Made by a program: the position numbers and the translations under genes. Positions 1-10,724 of a stretch of DNA of 22,452 bases are shown in pieces; within the stretch, counting starts at the first letter, position 1; the number at the start of each line of letters is the position of its first letter. The stretch spans positions 90,514 through 112,965 of the forward strand of contig MU058038.1 of the NCBI GenBank assembly GCA_013265495.1, in the 5' to 3' direction. Origin of the DNA: Vicugna vicugna (taxonomy: Eukaryota). The notes under the pieces are model-generated. The model was given only the letters and a program-made list of their open reading frames with translations, was not told where the DNA came from and searched no databases.

Positions 1-334
<334 letters not shown>

Positions 335-380
335 CTAGCAGAAGCAATCCCGACTGCGGCAAACGGCTTGGTTACGCGCT

Positions 381-534
381 ACTTATAGAGCCTGCATGCA
401 AATGAAGACTAGCACAGTGCTGCGTTTTTATTGGTTAAAGTCCAATAGTGTCGTCATAGGGGTGGAGTCCATGCAAATAAGGTTCTGTTCGCGCTTCCTT
501 AGTGGTCATTAGAACAAAAATCATGTTAACCAAT
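381..534 (-). promoter_or_regulatory. H2B promoter: TATA, two octamers, CCAAT boxes, CRE half-site
   Basis: Minus-strand CTCTATAAGT at 381-390; ATTTGCAT octamers at 396-403 and 471-478 (the latter in CCTTATTTGCAT context); CCAAT at 430-434 (-), 442-446 (+) and 530-534 (+); TGACG at 452-456 (-). Confidence 0.85.
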
Positions 535-1267
535 CAAAACGTTCCATTTCACACTGACCAGTAAATTATGTAAAGTGTAGTTTCATGTTTGGGGTCTTTT
601 GTTAACTTTCACTTTTGTTAACTTGCATACGATGTAAATCTGAAGCGCCAGCTAAAGATAAGTTAACGTTCTATTTTTGCATCATTTTACTCTATACTTT
701 GTAAGTTTGCTTTGTTTTGGTTCTTGAAAGAATACCTCAGCTTCCCCCCCCCTTTTTTTTAACGGTTTGCGCAGCCTGTCTTATGCAGTAAGATGGGATC
801 TTACATACTCGGGACTCAGCACAATGTCCCTTGCCCCCAAACCTTATCAGTTTTAATCCCCACCAAATATTTGGGGATCGAGGATTTCGCCAGCCTAGTT
901 TTAGTAACTGTATAATTGAGCTAAAAACCCATTTTCACACCCCCTTATCACTCTCATGACTATCATAAGTGTCATTTAATTCCTGTATTAAGACGTGCTA
1001 ACGTTTACGTTATATAGCAGCTTGCTAAGCGTTACAAACGACTGGTAGAGCACGTTATCCTCACTAAACTCTCGTCACAGAAATAGCAAGGCGAGCTCTC
1101 TAGAGTTAAGTCACAAAGAGCGGCCTTGGCCGAAAAGGACCTAGATCCCTAGAGGTCCCTCTGGCATTAGACAATGTTAATTCCACATCCTCACCACCCA
1201 AACACCTGGAGTTCCGCCAACCCCCTTCAGCTGTGCACAACAGAAACCGACTGAACTGAAAGCTAGT

Positions 1268-1314
1268 ACAGCTACTCTTTATGAAAGACGTGGGTGGCTC
1301 TGAAAAGAGCCTTT
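1268..1314 (-). terminator. Histone 3' stem-loop and histone downstream element (U7 site) of the H3 gene
   Basis: Minus strand AAA-GGCTCTTTTCAGAGCC-ACCCA (hairpin 1296-1311), followed by purine-rich AAAGAGTAGCTGT (1280-1268). Confidence 0.95.
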
Positions 1315-1339
1315 AGGTAGTCTATCTAGACATAAAGCC

Positions 1340-1736
<397 letters not shown>

Positions 1737-1770
1737 TCACCGGCTTTGCTCACCAACCCCTAGTCAGCCT

Positions 1771-1880
1771 TATTTATAGACATAGCCTCGCCTTGATTGG
1801 GCCAGAAGAGCTAGGAGTTTCCAGAATTGTATCTCATTGGTTAGAATTCAATCCTATTTATTGGCGCAGAATTCAATCCT
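1771..1880 (-). promoter_or_regulatory. H3 promoter: TATA box and three CCAAT boxes
   Basis: Minus-strand TATAAATA at 1771-1778; CCAAT at 1796-1800, 1836-1840 and 1860-1864. Confidence 0.8.
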
Positions 1881-2281
1881 TTTTCTCTCTTCCCTTATTA
1901 CTTCCCCTTCCTCGTGCTCTTCTATAATTTTATCGATCAAAGATGTTTTTCTTTTTTGGCCTTTTCCTTTAAAGCTTTAACTTTTGTAACAGCAATCTAT
2001 GCAGTGTTTTTGCACGCTTGGGATGTATGTTTTAACAAGTTCTTTACAAATACAAACGTGCCCTAGGTTTCAGATTGCATTTCCGGTTACTAGTTACTGT
2101 AACTCCTCTCCCAAAGCTAACATTTTATTTAGCGCCTGACACTGTGCTAAGCGCGTTAGATGCGTTTCATAATGACTATGTTCAATAAAACAATATGCAG
2201 CTTAAGGAACCAAAAATTGAACTTAATGTTTACCTGATTCGGAACTCCGCCAAAGCTGTGTGCTGACCGATACCAACTTAC

Positions 2282-2363
2282 ATAGTAGAACCTTCTGCCT
2301 TTCTTTTGCCTTTTCCCCCTGGAATGCTGTTTTCTCCTCAATCCATCCATGGCTAATTAGGTC
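2282..2363 (-). pseudogene. Relic exon, 82 nt (DLISHGWIEEKTAFQGEKAKERQKVLL)
   Basis: tttgtgcatag| acceptor and |gtaagt donor both intact; open frame, phase 0 to 1. Confidence 0.75.
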
Positions 2364-2568
2364 CTATGCACAAACGCTTCTAAGTCACGGAAGATAAGCT
2401 GGAAATACTCATTTCTCCTTTACAATGTTCAGTAGTTTTAAGTAGTCCAGTTGCTTATCAGTCAGATTGAAAGCTGAAATGTCAAAGCAAATAAAGTATT
2501 AGTTGATTACTGAGTTGCTAGCATATTTTCTTCAATAAATTGTTTTCTGATGCTTTAAAGATTTATAT

Positions 2569-2647
2569 CTTTTCTATTCTCTAAAAGGAAATTGAAAATC
2601 CTTTGCTTTTTAGTTATTTCATATGCTTTGAAGAATTGCTCCGGAAA
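2569..2647 (-). pseudogene. Relic exon, 79 nt (FPEQFFKAYEITKKQRIFNFLLENRK)
   Basis: Open frame, phase 0 to 1, matching both neighbouring exons. The acceptor reads caa (AG>AA) and the donor atataa (GT>AT), so both sites appear mutated. Confidence 0.65.
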
Positions 2648-2814
2648 TTGCATATAATAAAACAACAGTCATGTAAGGTTACCAATGCTTAAAATTATAA
2701 TAGTTACTATTAAAACTTGTAATGCTTATTTGATTGGAAAAGCATTATTTCATTTAAACCTTACGAAAACTCAAAGCTGAGAACAAAAACAGGCCCAAGA
2801 GTCTCAAAACTTAC

Positions 2815-2845
2815 CTTGATAGTGTCAGTAAGAATGATCATCTTC
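2815..2845 (-). pseudogene. Relic exon, 31 nt (KMIILTDTIK)
   Basis: ttttattttattttgacttcag| and AAG|gtaagt are near-consensus splice sites; only the phase-2 frame is open. Confidence 0.75.
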
Positions 2846-2916
2846 CTGAAGTCAAAATAAAATAAAAGTGATTCTGAGGGGATTTCCTGAACATTAAACA
2901 CAAGGTAGAAACTTAT

Positions 2917-2971
2917 ATTATATATTCAAGTCTACTTGGGCAGCTGCAATCTCCTGCTTTAGGGAGAAGAT
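2917..2971 (-). pseudogene. Relic exon, 55 nt (LLPKAGDCSCPSRLEYI)
   Basis: cattttag| acceptor intact; donor ataagt (GT>AT). Phase 1 to 2 fits both neighbours. Confidence 0.7.
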
Positions 2972-3049
2972 CTAAAATGTCATGCAAATGTGTAACTATT
3001 GTGAACAACTGTCACCCTCTCCTGTGATGGTTTTGTAATAATGCCTTAC

Positions 3050-3083
3050 ATATAAAGAGCACTACTCAGTATTTAAAAATTCT
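3050..3083 (-). pseudogene. Relic exon, 34 nt (RIFKY*VVLFI) with in-frame TGA
   Basis: tgtatgtag| and |gtaagg sites; TGA at 3066-3068, plausibly CGA>TGA. Confidence 0.6.
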
Positions 3084-3092
3084 CTACATACA

Positions 3093-3200
3093 GTTTCTCA
3101 TTTAATCCCAACTCTGTGAAATAGATGATATTTTCCTCATTTTATAGATAAAGAAACTGAGTCTCAGAGAAACTATGACTCATCTGGACAAGTAACAGGG
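3093..3200. mobile_element. MIR SINE fragment
   Basis: Core-like tctcatttaatcc...cctcattttatagataaagaaactgagtctcagaga. Confidence 0.7.
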
Positions 3201-3385
3201 CCTGCATAATATTATAAAGCAAAAGAATGAAATTACAATGGATTTCTAGTTTCATCAGGCTTGGTATATTTTAAAGCACTGAAGAATTTTCCCATCATAC
3301 AATCAAATTACTCAACTGAACTATTCCCATCAGAAGAGTAAACTGCTCCGGGCGGGCATCTGTATGACAGCCCAAAGCAGCTCAC

Positions 3386-3587
3386 CCCACTGTCACATTT
3401 CTTTGAAATGTTCTTAAAAAAAATTTTTTTTTGAATCTATGCAGCTCTCGGCCATGATGTGTGGACGTGTTCATTTAAACAAGAAAGAGATTCTTAAACT
3501 GTCTACTTATATAGAATCCAAGAGTCATGGGATTTGTTTTACCTTTATATCATAGAGAATAAAAACATTCCAAGAGTCCTCCTCTGG
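3386..3587 (-). pseudogene. Two relic exons (3543-3587, 45 nt; 3386-3474, 89 nt) separated by a 68-nt intron
   Basis: tttctttattaag|...AAG|gtaaaa and tctttcttgtttaa|(AG>AA)...GGG|gtgagc. The frame is ambiguous: phase 1 gives RGGLLECFYSL*YKDEHVHTSWPRAA*IQKKIFFKNISKKCDSG, and phase 0 is also open. Confidence 0.55.
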
Positions 3588-4466
3588 CTTAATAAAGAAA
3601 TATATAAGAATTTCTACTTCTCAGAAAAACAGTGATACCAATTTAAATATTAATTCCAAGGAAACCAATCAAATAAAATGATCAGAATGTACATTTTGAG
3701 GTGTTATAGGTAACATTTCTGTGACTATAACAATCTGTGATGAATGGTTGCCTTAGAAGTCACCTTTCAAAACAGAATTCAGATTCATATTAGTTCAATT
3801 TCACCTGGTCTCTGCACTGGACAATAGAGTGCTAGTCCTGTGAGGGTCTCAACAGACCACATTATCAGAAGCAATTTGTGAATGCAGAAGAGCCTCTGCT
3901 TTGCTGAAGCTATAGGGAAGAGGGATGGTTTTCTCCTTTAATATTTCTGAAGTTTCTTTCATCAGAAATATTAAGAATCTGCAGTTTTAAGACTGAGCAC
4001 TGAAATTTCATTATTTAGCACTGGGGGGCAGGGTGGGGAACAGGCATGAGAAGCTTAAATTTTACCGTGGGAAATGAGCAAAATGTTAATAAGTGAATTA
4101 TGAGGCATATAATGTTTTGTAGGTGCATGTGTTTGTTTTAATACAAAAGTAATGGACTAAATTAAAATACACATTCCAGGAAGACAATTTGTGTTTAGTT
4201 TTTGACTTCAAGTACACCCAGGGCTTCAAGTATCCCCATTGTGAGACTGAATCTTTGGTTTGTGGGCTAGTCGGGCCATGTGCCTGCTTGCCTTTCATTT
4301 TGAGTGGCCTGCAGCCCTGGACCAAATTGAAAAGCCATCGGATTTTGAGCTTTTTTTTCTTACTCCATTTTGAGCTATACTCATTCTCCTAACATCCTGC
4401 TCATTGGATAACCCCCCCCCATCCCTGTCCTTAACACGACAGCCTCTACTGTACAGTGAGGGGTCA

Positions 4467-4961
4467 TGCAGGGGAGGCAAAAATTATCCTTGACCCTCTT
4501 AGGGTCCCTGGCTGGATCTGAAAATTAAACTGACAAAGACAGATTAACAGGAGAAAAACACACAAATGAATTTGAGTTTTTCATGACACAGGAATATTCA
4601 TAAGGAAACCAAGATCTGAAGAAACAGGCCTGAATGTTTTTATGCCAGGTTTGGTGAAAAGCGGGCAGTCGTGTAGAGATATGAGCAGTGGGATGATGAG
4701 TGTGGGTAAGTGTAGTAACCTGGGGGAAACAGCAAGGCCTGTCAGTTAGGTTCTTCCGTGTGTCCCTTTGTTTTTAGAGAAAACGCTGCTCCTGTCCTCG
4801 ATGTAGGGAGGGCACCTCTCACAAGAGGGTTTTATGACCTGTTTTGGGTGAGAAAGTCGGTGACCCTCCTGCTTCTGTCATTCTCTCAAAATTTCTTCAG
4901 CTTAAAATATTCAACATGCTAAGCTGACACGTTTTGGAGTGGCATGTCCTGAACCCCCTCA
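4467..4961 (-). mobile_element. ERV1-class solo LTR (MER34-like family)
   Basis: The minus strand begins TGAGGGGGTTCAGGACATGCCACTCCAAAA and ends ...ATTTTTGCCTCCCCTGCA, termini typical of the MER34/MER39-like group. No TSD resolved. Confidence 0.7.
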
Positions 4962-5478
4962 GTGGCAGTATACGTCACCCCTAAAATATGCCACTTTGGT
5001 AGAAGGATTATTTTGAGCTAAAGACACTTGAAAAACAGCAGATGCAAGAAGGGCACTCTGACCTCCCCTTTTCTTCCTTAAAACAGGAGATAAAACCCCC
5101 ACGTGGAAGAGGTCTTCCCGCTACCAGGAGCATAACCAGGATGGGGAATCGAAGCCAAGAGAAATCTGTACAAACAAACCTTATTAAACTAACCCATATC
5201 TTCCTATTTACTTCTCCACCTAGTTAACTCCCCTAGTTAACCGCCCAAGCCCTTTGGTCTTGTCATATCCCCAGAATTTATCGCACTTTGTTTTAAAAGA
5301 CATAAATAAGCGTTGGGGCCTGTATAGGTCTTCAGCTTCCTTCTGAAGATTCTTGTGTACACAGAAAAGTATTTAAAAAGGTATGCTTTTTCCCTTTTGA
5401 CCAGACTTATGTCAGTTTAATTCTCAGGCCCAATCACATGATCTAAGAGGTAGAAGAAAAATTTTTCCCTCTGCTACA
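4962..5478 (+). mobile_element. ERV1-class solo LTR (MER34-like family)
   Basis: CACCCCTAAAATATGCCACTTTGG...GGATTATTTTGAGCTAAAG near the 5' end; 3' end GAGGTAGAAGAAAAATTTTTCCCTCTGCTACA. The true 5' end may lie left of the neighbouring LTR (~4457). Confidence 0.75.
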
Positions 5479-5683
5479 AGTTTACAACTTCTGACTTTGC
5501 AATGTAACAGATCCCCGTGGACTGCAGTAGGTTAAACTAATGTTACACAGTATTTCAAAGTTATACAAATGAGGATTTTTGTTGTTGTTGTTGTTCCATT
5601 AACCATCCTCATGAGATTTAAGCTACATTTTGCGGGAATTTTAAGGTCTATGTTTGTTTGTTTGTTTATAATAGAAATAAATT

Positions 5684-5687
<4 letters not shown>

Positions 5688-5724
<37 letters not shown>
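5688..5724. repeat. Poly(T) tract, ~37 nt
   Basis: Directly visible homopolymer; short (GTT)n and (TTTG)n runs lie just upstream. Confidence 0.95.
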
Positions 5725-5726
<2 letters not shown>

Positions 5727-5841
5727 TTAGCATGACACTTACTGCTTTTGGTCTGTGGGGAAAATTAAGACAGAATGGTCACAACTCAAATGACATATAG
5801 CCTGCCTGCAAAAAAAAAAAAAAAAGTATTTTTTAACATAC

Positions 5842-6173
5842 CTTCTTCCTCAATATTTCTTTCATTTAATTTTTGTAATCACCAGCATGTATATATTATT
5901 TCATTTAATATTCACAGCTACATATGAATTGCTTTCTCAATCTGAACTTCCTTGCAACTGGGAAGGGGAGAGTTTATTTTGGAGAGAATTTTGTTTAGGT
6001 AATGTGTGATTAGGCTCCTGGGAGGAGGATGAAAAGTATTGAAAGGGAAGTTTGTAGATATTTGGATTCTGCCTAGGGTTCTGTTCCCTCTGACACCAAA
6101 AACCATCCCTTCTGTCAGCCTTGGCTTGTGGTTGTCTAATCATGTTGTGATTTGGTTGTGCCTTTCCTTTCTA
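5842..6173 (-). pseudogene. Large relic exon, 332 nt, with four in-frame stops and no frameshift
   Basis: tttgactgcttttaaacactag| acceptor and GAAG|gtatgt donor. Reads RKERHNQITT*LDNHKPRLTEGMVFGVRGNRTLGRIQISTNFPFNTFHPPPRSLITHYLNKILSKINSPLPSCKEVQIEKAIHM*L*ILNEIIYTCW*LQKLNERNIEEE, with stops at 6140-6142, 5918-5920, 5912-5914 and 5879-5881. Confidence 0.6.
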
Positions 6174-6426
6174 CTAGTGTTTAAAAGCAGTCAAATGCAG
6201 GAACTGTTCATTCTATAATTACTGAGCTTATGCTAGACATTGAACATGTCAATTTACAAAGAAAAATAAGCAAAAAATCACTGCCAGATAGTCGCGGTGG
6301 GGAGGGGTTATGTAAGATACAAAAGGCATTTAAAATAATATGATAGATTCTATAAGAGTTGCTAAAGGGTCAGAAAAGAGCAAATGTGTTTCTCTGCCCT
6401 GAAGCAACCAAAGTAGAGGAAGACAT

Positions 6427-6979
6427 TACAGGAGAGGAAAAAAAAATTTCCCTCTACCCTTCTGAGTTCTTAGCTGAAATTCTTGTAGTAAAAGACAGAG
6501 TAACAAGAGAAAAGCAAACAGGTTTATTAACATGTATACCTTATGCATACATGGGAGATACTTAGCAAAAAATGAGTAACTCCTCAAAGTGGCTTAGAAT
6601 TCAGACTTAAATACCATCTTAATTGGGAAAGGGGAGGGATCATGTAGGCCTCTTTGGGAGAGTAAATGATTTTTAGGAAAGATGAATGGGCCCTTAGAAA
6701 AGACGAAAGGTATGACAGTTTGTGACAAAGTTTGTCTGAGTGTGGTGTTGACTTCTAGCCTCCTCTCCTGTGACAAGAGTCAATCTTCCCTGGTTGATGA
6801 AACCACCTGGGAACGGGATTCCTGTCAATAGAGTTCCTTTCTGAGAATCTGTCTTTAGGCAGAGGAGTTCAAAGAAAGCCTGCCCCTGCACTTGCTGTTT
6901 TTCAAAGTACTACAGCTCAAAATAACCAATACATCAAGGCAGCATATGTTGAGGCGGCTTATGCTCCTACCCTCCAGCA
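6427..6979 (-). mobile_element. ERV1-class solo LTR (MER34-related)
   Basis: Shares terminal motifs with the LTRs at 4467-5478 (plus strand GGAGAGGAAAAAAAAATTTCCCTCTACCCT at the left end; CAGCTCAAAATAA...GGCAGCATAT at the right end). Confidence 0.7.
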
Positions 6980-8122
6980 TCTATTGTGAATTCCAGGGCG
7001 TTGATTTAGGTATGTGATCATGATGACAGCATTCAGTGAGCAGAGAGAGAACCCCCGTGTTTATGGGGTGGGAGGGAGGAGAATGTATTTCCTCGGCCCC
7101 CAGGAGAGCCATACCTTGGAGATTTTAAGTTTAATCTTTGGAGATTCTGAATTTTGAGTTTAAAATGTCTAAAGAACACCCAGGAGGAGCTACATGTCTG
7201 GAGCCCAGAAGTCTGGATAAAGCTATAGATTTAGGATTATTACCATATAGAAAGTAGAGCTAAAGGAGAGATGAAAGAAGGCGCATAAGGTTTTTTAAAA
7301 ATAATAAACATGTCTCAGAAAAAATATAATTTTTTTTTGATGCACAAACCACATCTCCTGTACTCTTCTGCAGAAGACCCAGGTAATGAACATGCTATCA
7401 GTAAGGACTCCAACCAATTTCATAAGGCAGCTTCTGGTAATGACTCTCAGTATGGAGCAGATGTCCTCTTGTGAAACCCAACTCAGCAAACTTTGTTAGC
7501 TCCACGTGGGGCCTCGATGGGGACACTAATCTGGGCACTGAATCCTGGCTGAAAACAGGGTCTAATTTAGAGGATCTGTAGAAACGGCGAATACGCTTCA
7601 GTCTTCTTTCTGTACATATTTCTTCCTTCAGCAGCGCTCTACATGACCGTGCACTGGACCCACTGCCCTCCGTGGGAAGGCTTGGCAGTAGAGTGAGAAC
7701 AGTTCTCCTAGGATATGGTTTCTCCTGGGTGAGGAGCAATCAAAACAGAGACGAGACTCGGGAATCGTGGCGGTCTCCCCGCTTCCCTCTCCACACACAT
7801 CCCAGCTGCCGCTGCTCTTGAACTCGCCTCCTGGGTCTGTCAGTCTAATTATGGGAACTCCATTGCTGCAGTTGTATGTAACCATCGCCCCGAAGCCTGG
7901 GATCCTTCTGTGGGGGTTACAGCCGGCGGCGCGCTCTCTGCTTCCCGTCTCTGGATTCTACTTGCTCTTCTGGTCTTCTCCACTAAGACCTTTCTTATTA
8001 GTCTAAATTTAATGTTTTCTCCATCCACAGATGGAGAGAGACAGAGGCAGAAACAGCGGCAGAATCCGGAAATATGGATCCGAATTCTCCCCGGGACTCT
8101 GGCAAATAGTTTTTTTTTTTTT

Positions 8123-8888
<766 letters not shown>

Positions 8889-8920
8889 GCTGCCCCTTCT
8901 GAGCTACATGTGACAATCTC

Positions 8921-8965
8921 AAAGGCCCTTCTTAGGGCCAACCACACAGTCACCAGAGGAGCTGG
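8921..8965 (+). terminator. Histone 3' stem-loop and downstream element of H4
   Basis: AAA-GGCCCTTCTTAGGGCC-AACCA (hairpin 8924-8939), then purine-rich AGAGGAGCTGG (~8955-8965). Confidence 0.9.
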
Positions 8966-9518
8966 ACACCTGCTGAAAGTAGAGGTAAATTTACGTTTGG
9001 CAGTTGTCTGGAGTGGGGGTCAGAAGCTTGGGAGGCAGTGATTCCCCAAACCCCCTGAGAGCCTTGAAGACCCATGCCAGTTACTAAAAGCTGCCTTTTC
9101 ACCAGCCTGCCTTCACTGTTACCAACCTGAAAGGCTATTGTACTCCAGATTTAAACCACTTTTTGGTTTGCTTTTGAGCGTGCTGTCATTTGTGGTCCTT
9201 GGACCAGGCTGTGGTAGAAGTACTCTGGGCTTCACTTCCCGCGCCTGCAAGGAGGGAGTTAGCTGGGCAGCTTGATGGCTGAGTTCACATTGGATGTTCT
9301 GATGTTAAGAGCCCCACTTGAAAAGGTGCAAGAGCACTAGTGAAACCAAATCCAGTCACCAACTATTCAAAACTGAGATAAATTAGGTCAGAGGAGAGCT
9401 CATTGATGCTGATGTAAAATATATCTGATGAATTATTTGGCCAATGTATGAAAAGTACTCTTGGTTCTGTTTTTCATGCTAAGTTAAAAGGACCTTCACA
9501 ATTACCTGCTGAGAGTAT

Positions 9519-9547
9519 TGTGTGTGTGTATGTGTGTGTGTGTGTGT
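9519..9547. repeat. (TG)n microsatellite
   Basis: Directly visible. Confidence 0.9.
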
Positions 9548-10724
9548 ACCAGCTTCAAGGGAGAATTTAGTCAAGGACCTATGAGACATGAGATCCGTCT
9601 TTCAGTGACAACATTGCAAAGATAACCGATGCAGAAGAAACAAGTATGAAATTTCTATAAAAGCTGAGCAAACTAGAATCTTAATGTCATGAAAGCAAGC
9701 AAGTCTTCAAGAAACAAAGCTCAGGCATGTCACTGTTCTGTTAGTTCCTGCTGTAATTAAGAATAAGAGACTGGCAGAAACATACCCACCATCAGTACAG
9801 AAAGTACAGTTTAGTTTTTGACAAGGCAAAAGCAAATCATCCTATAACAGCATGGTAAAAAAAAATTTATAGTAAGCCATTCTCTATACTACCATTTCTA
9901 AATTGCCCGGATGATGATTGAAATGTAGGTCCATACCTCTCATCTATGAACCAATTATAGTTTTGCAGGCTTAGGATTTTACAGCTAAATCTGGCTGTGT
10001 ATGCAGCCAAGAAGAAATTCTAGAGAAGAAATTCAGCTCCCAAGAGATAAGTCAGCTGCTGCTTTATTGGTCTCCACACTTGGTGGCTCTCATTTGTATC
10101 AAATACTTGAGGGTGAACTAGGTTTAAAACATGGTGCTTAGCAATGGAGACCCTAGAAAGTCAAAGGTTGTGAGACTTGCCCTCTAGGAGCTTACTATCA
10201 GAATGGGGAGAAAAATAATGTCTAAAATACATGTGTGCATACGTACATACTTATATGCACAGCTAAGTAGTACATGGTGGCATATATTCAGTATGAGAAA
10301 TGCAGATGAGAATTACTATGAATCCTAACACCACGGAAGTCACTGGCTGCTGGGAAGTGGGCAAGCTTGGCAGTGGAGAGGCTTGTGTCAGGCTGTGAAG
10401 GAGCAGAACACCTGGCATCCTAGTAAGACATACAGTAAAGGGGAGGGGGAGGATCCAGAAGGGAGTGGCAAGAATACATTTGTGAAGATGTGCAAGGTGA
10501 GAAATAAGAGGATGTTCAAGGTGTTTCATCTTCCCTTTAAATTAAAATATCACCTGCAACTGATGGCATTTAGATTTCAAATATCTTTTTTTTTTAAATT
10601 AAAGGCAACGCAGATTGTATATATTTGATCCTTAATGAGACACTCTGGAGAAGGAGATATCAAAAGTTGGAAGAGAAACCAAAGAATAATGGAAGGGAGG
10701 AGGGAACATGTCCATTGTTTAAAT

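Larger units (their letters stand above)
2094..6173 (-). pseudogene. Unprocessed multi-exon pseudogene (or decaying gene) of unidentified family; may extend 5' to ~7700
   Basis: Chain of minus-strand exons with short (~60-170 nt) AT-rich introns and compatible phases: 5842-6173, 5743-5752, (4364-4388?), ~4102-4156, 3543-3587, 3386-3474, (3237-3278?), 3050-3083, 2917-2971, 2815-2845, 2569-2647, ~2420-2473, 2282-2363, 2094-2200. The spliced 3' part reads RIFKY*VVLFIYLLPKAGDCSCPSRLEYIMKMIILTDTIKFPEQFFKAYEITKKQRIFNFLLENRKAFNLTDKQLDYLKLLNI(VKE)DLISHGWIEEKTAFQGEKAKERQKVLL. Confidence 0.75.

Noticed and set aside
596..624. 13-bp direct repeat CTTTTGTTAACTT
   Set aside because: A simple local duplication with no evidence of function.
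1005..1140. Possible decayed H2A remnant (TATA-like TTATATAG, GCAAGGC...GGCCTT)
   Set aside because: Similarity to H2A is too weak and no frame can be reconstructed.
3805..3980. Additional minus-strand exon of the relic gene
   Set aside because: An AG/GT pair exists, but the donor is weak and I could not find a frame that fits the neighbours; left out pending a homolog.
5602..5648. Additional minus-strand exon (LKIPAKCSLNLMRM)
   Set aside because: The acceptor lacks a pyrimidine tract and the phase does not match the microexon.
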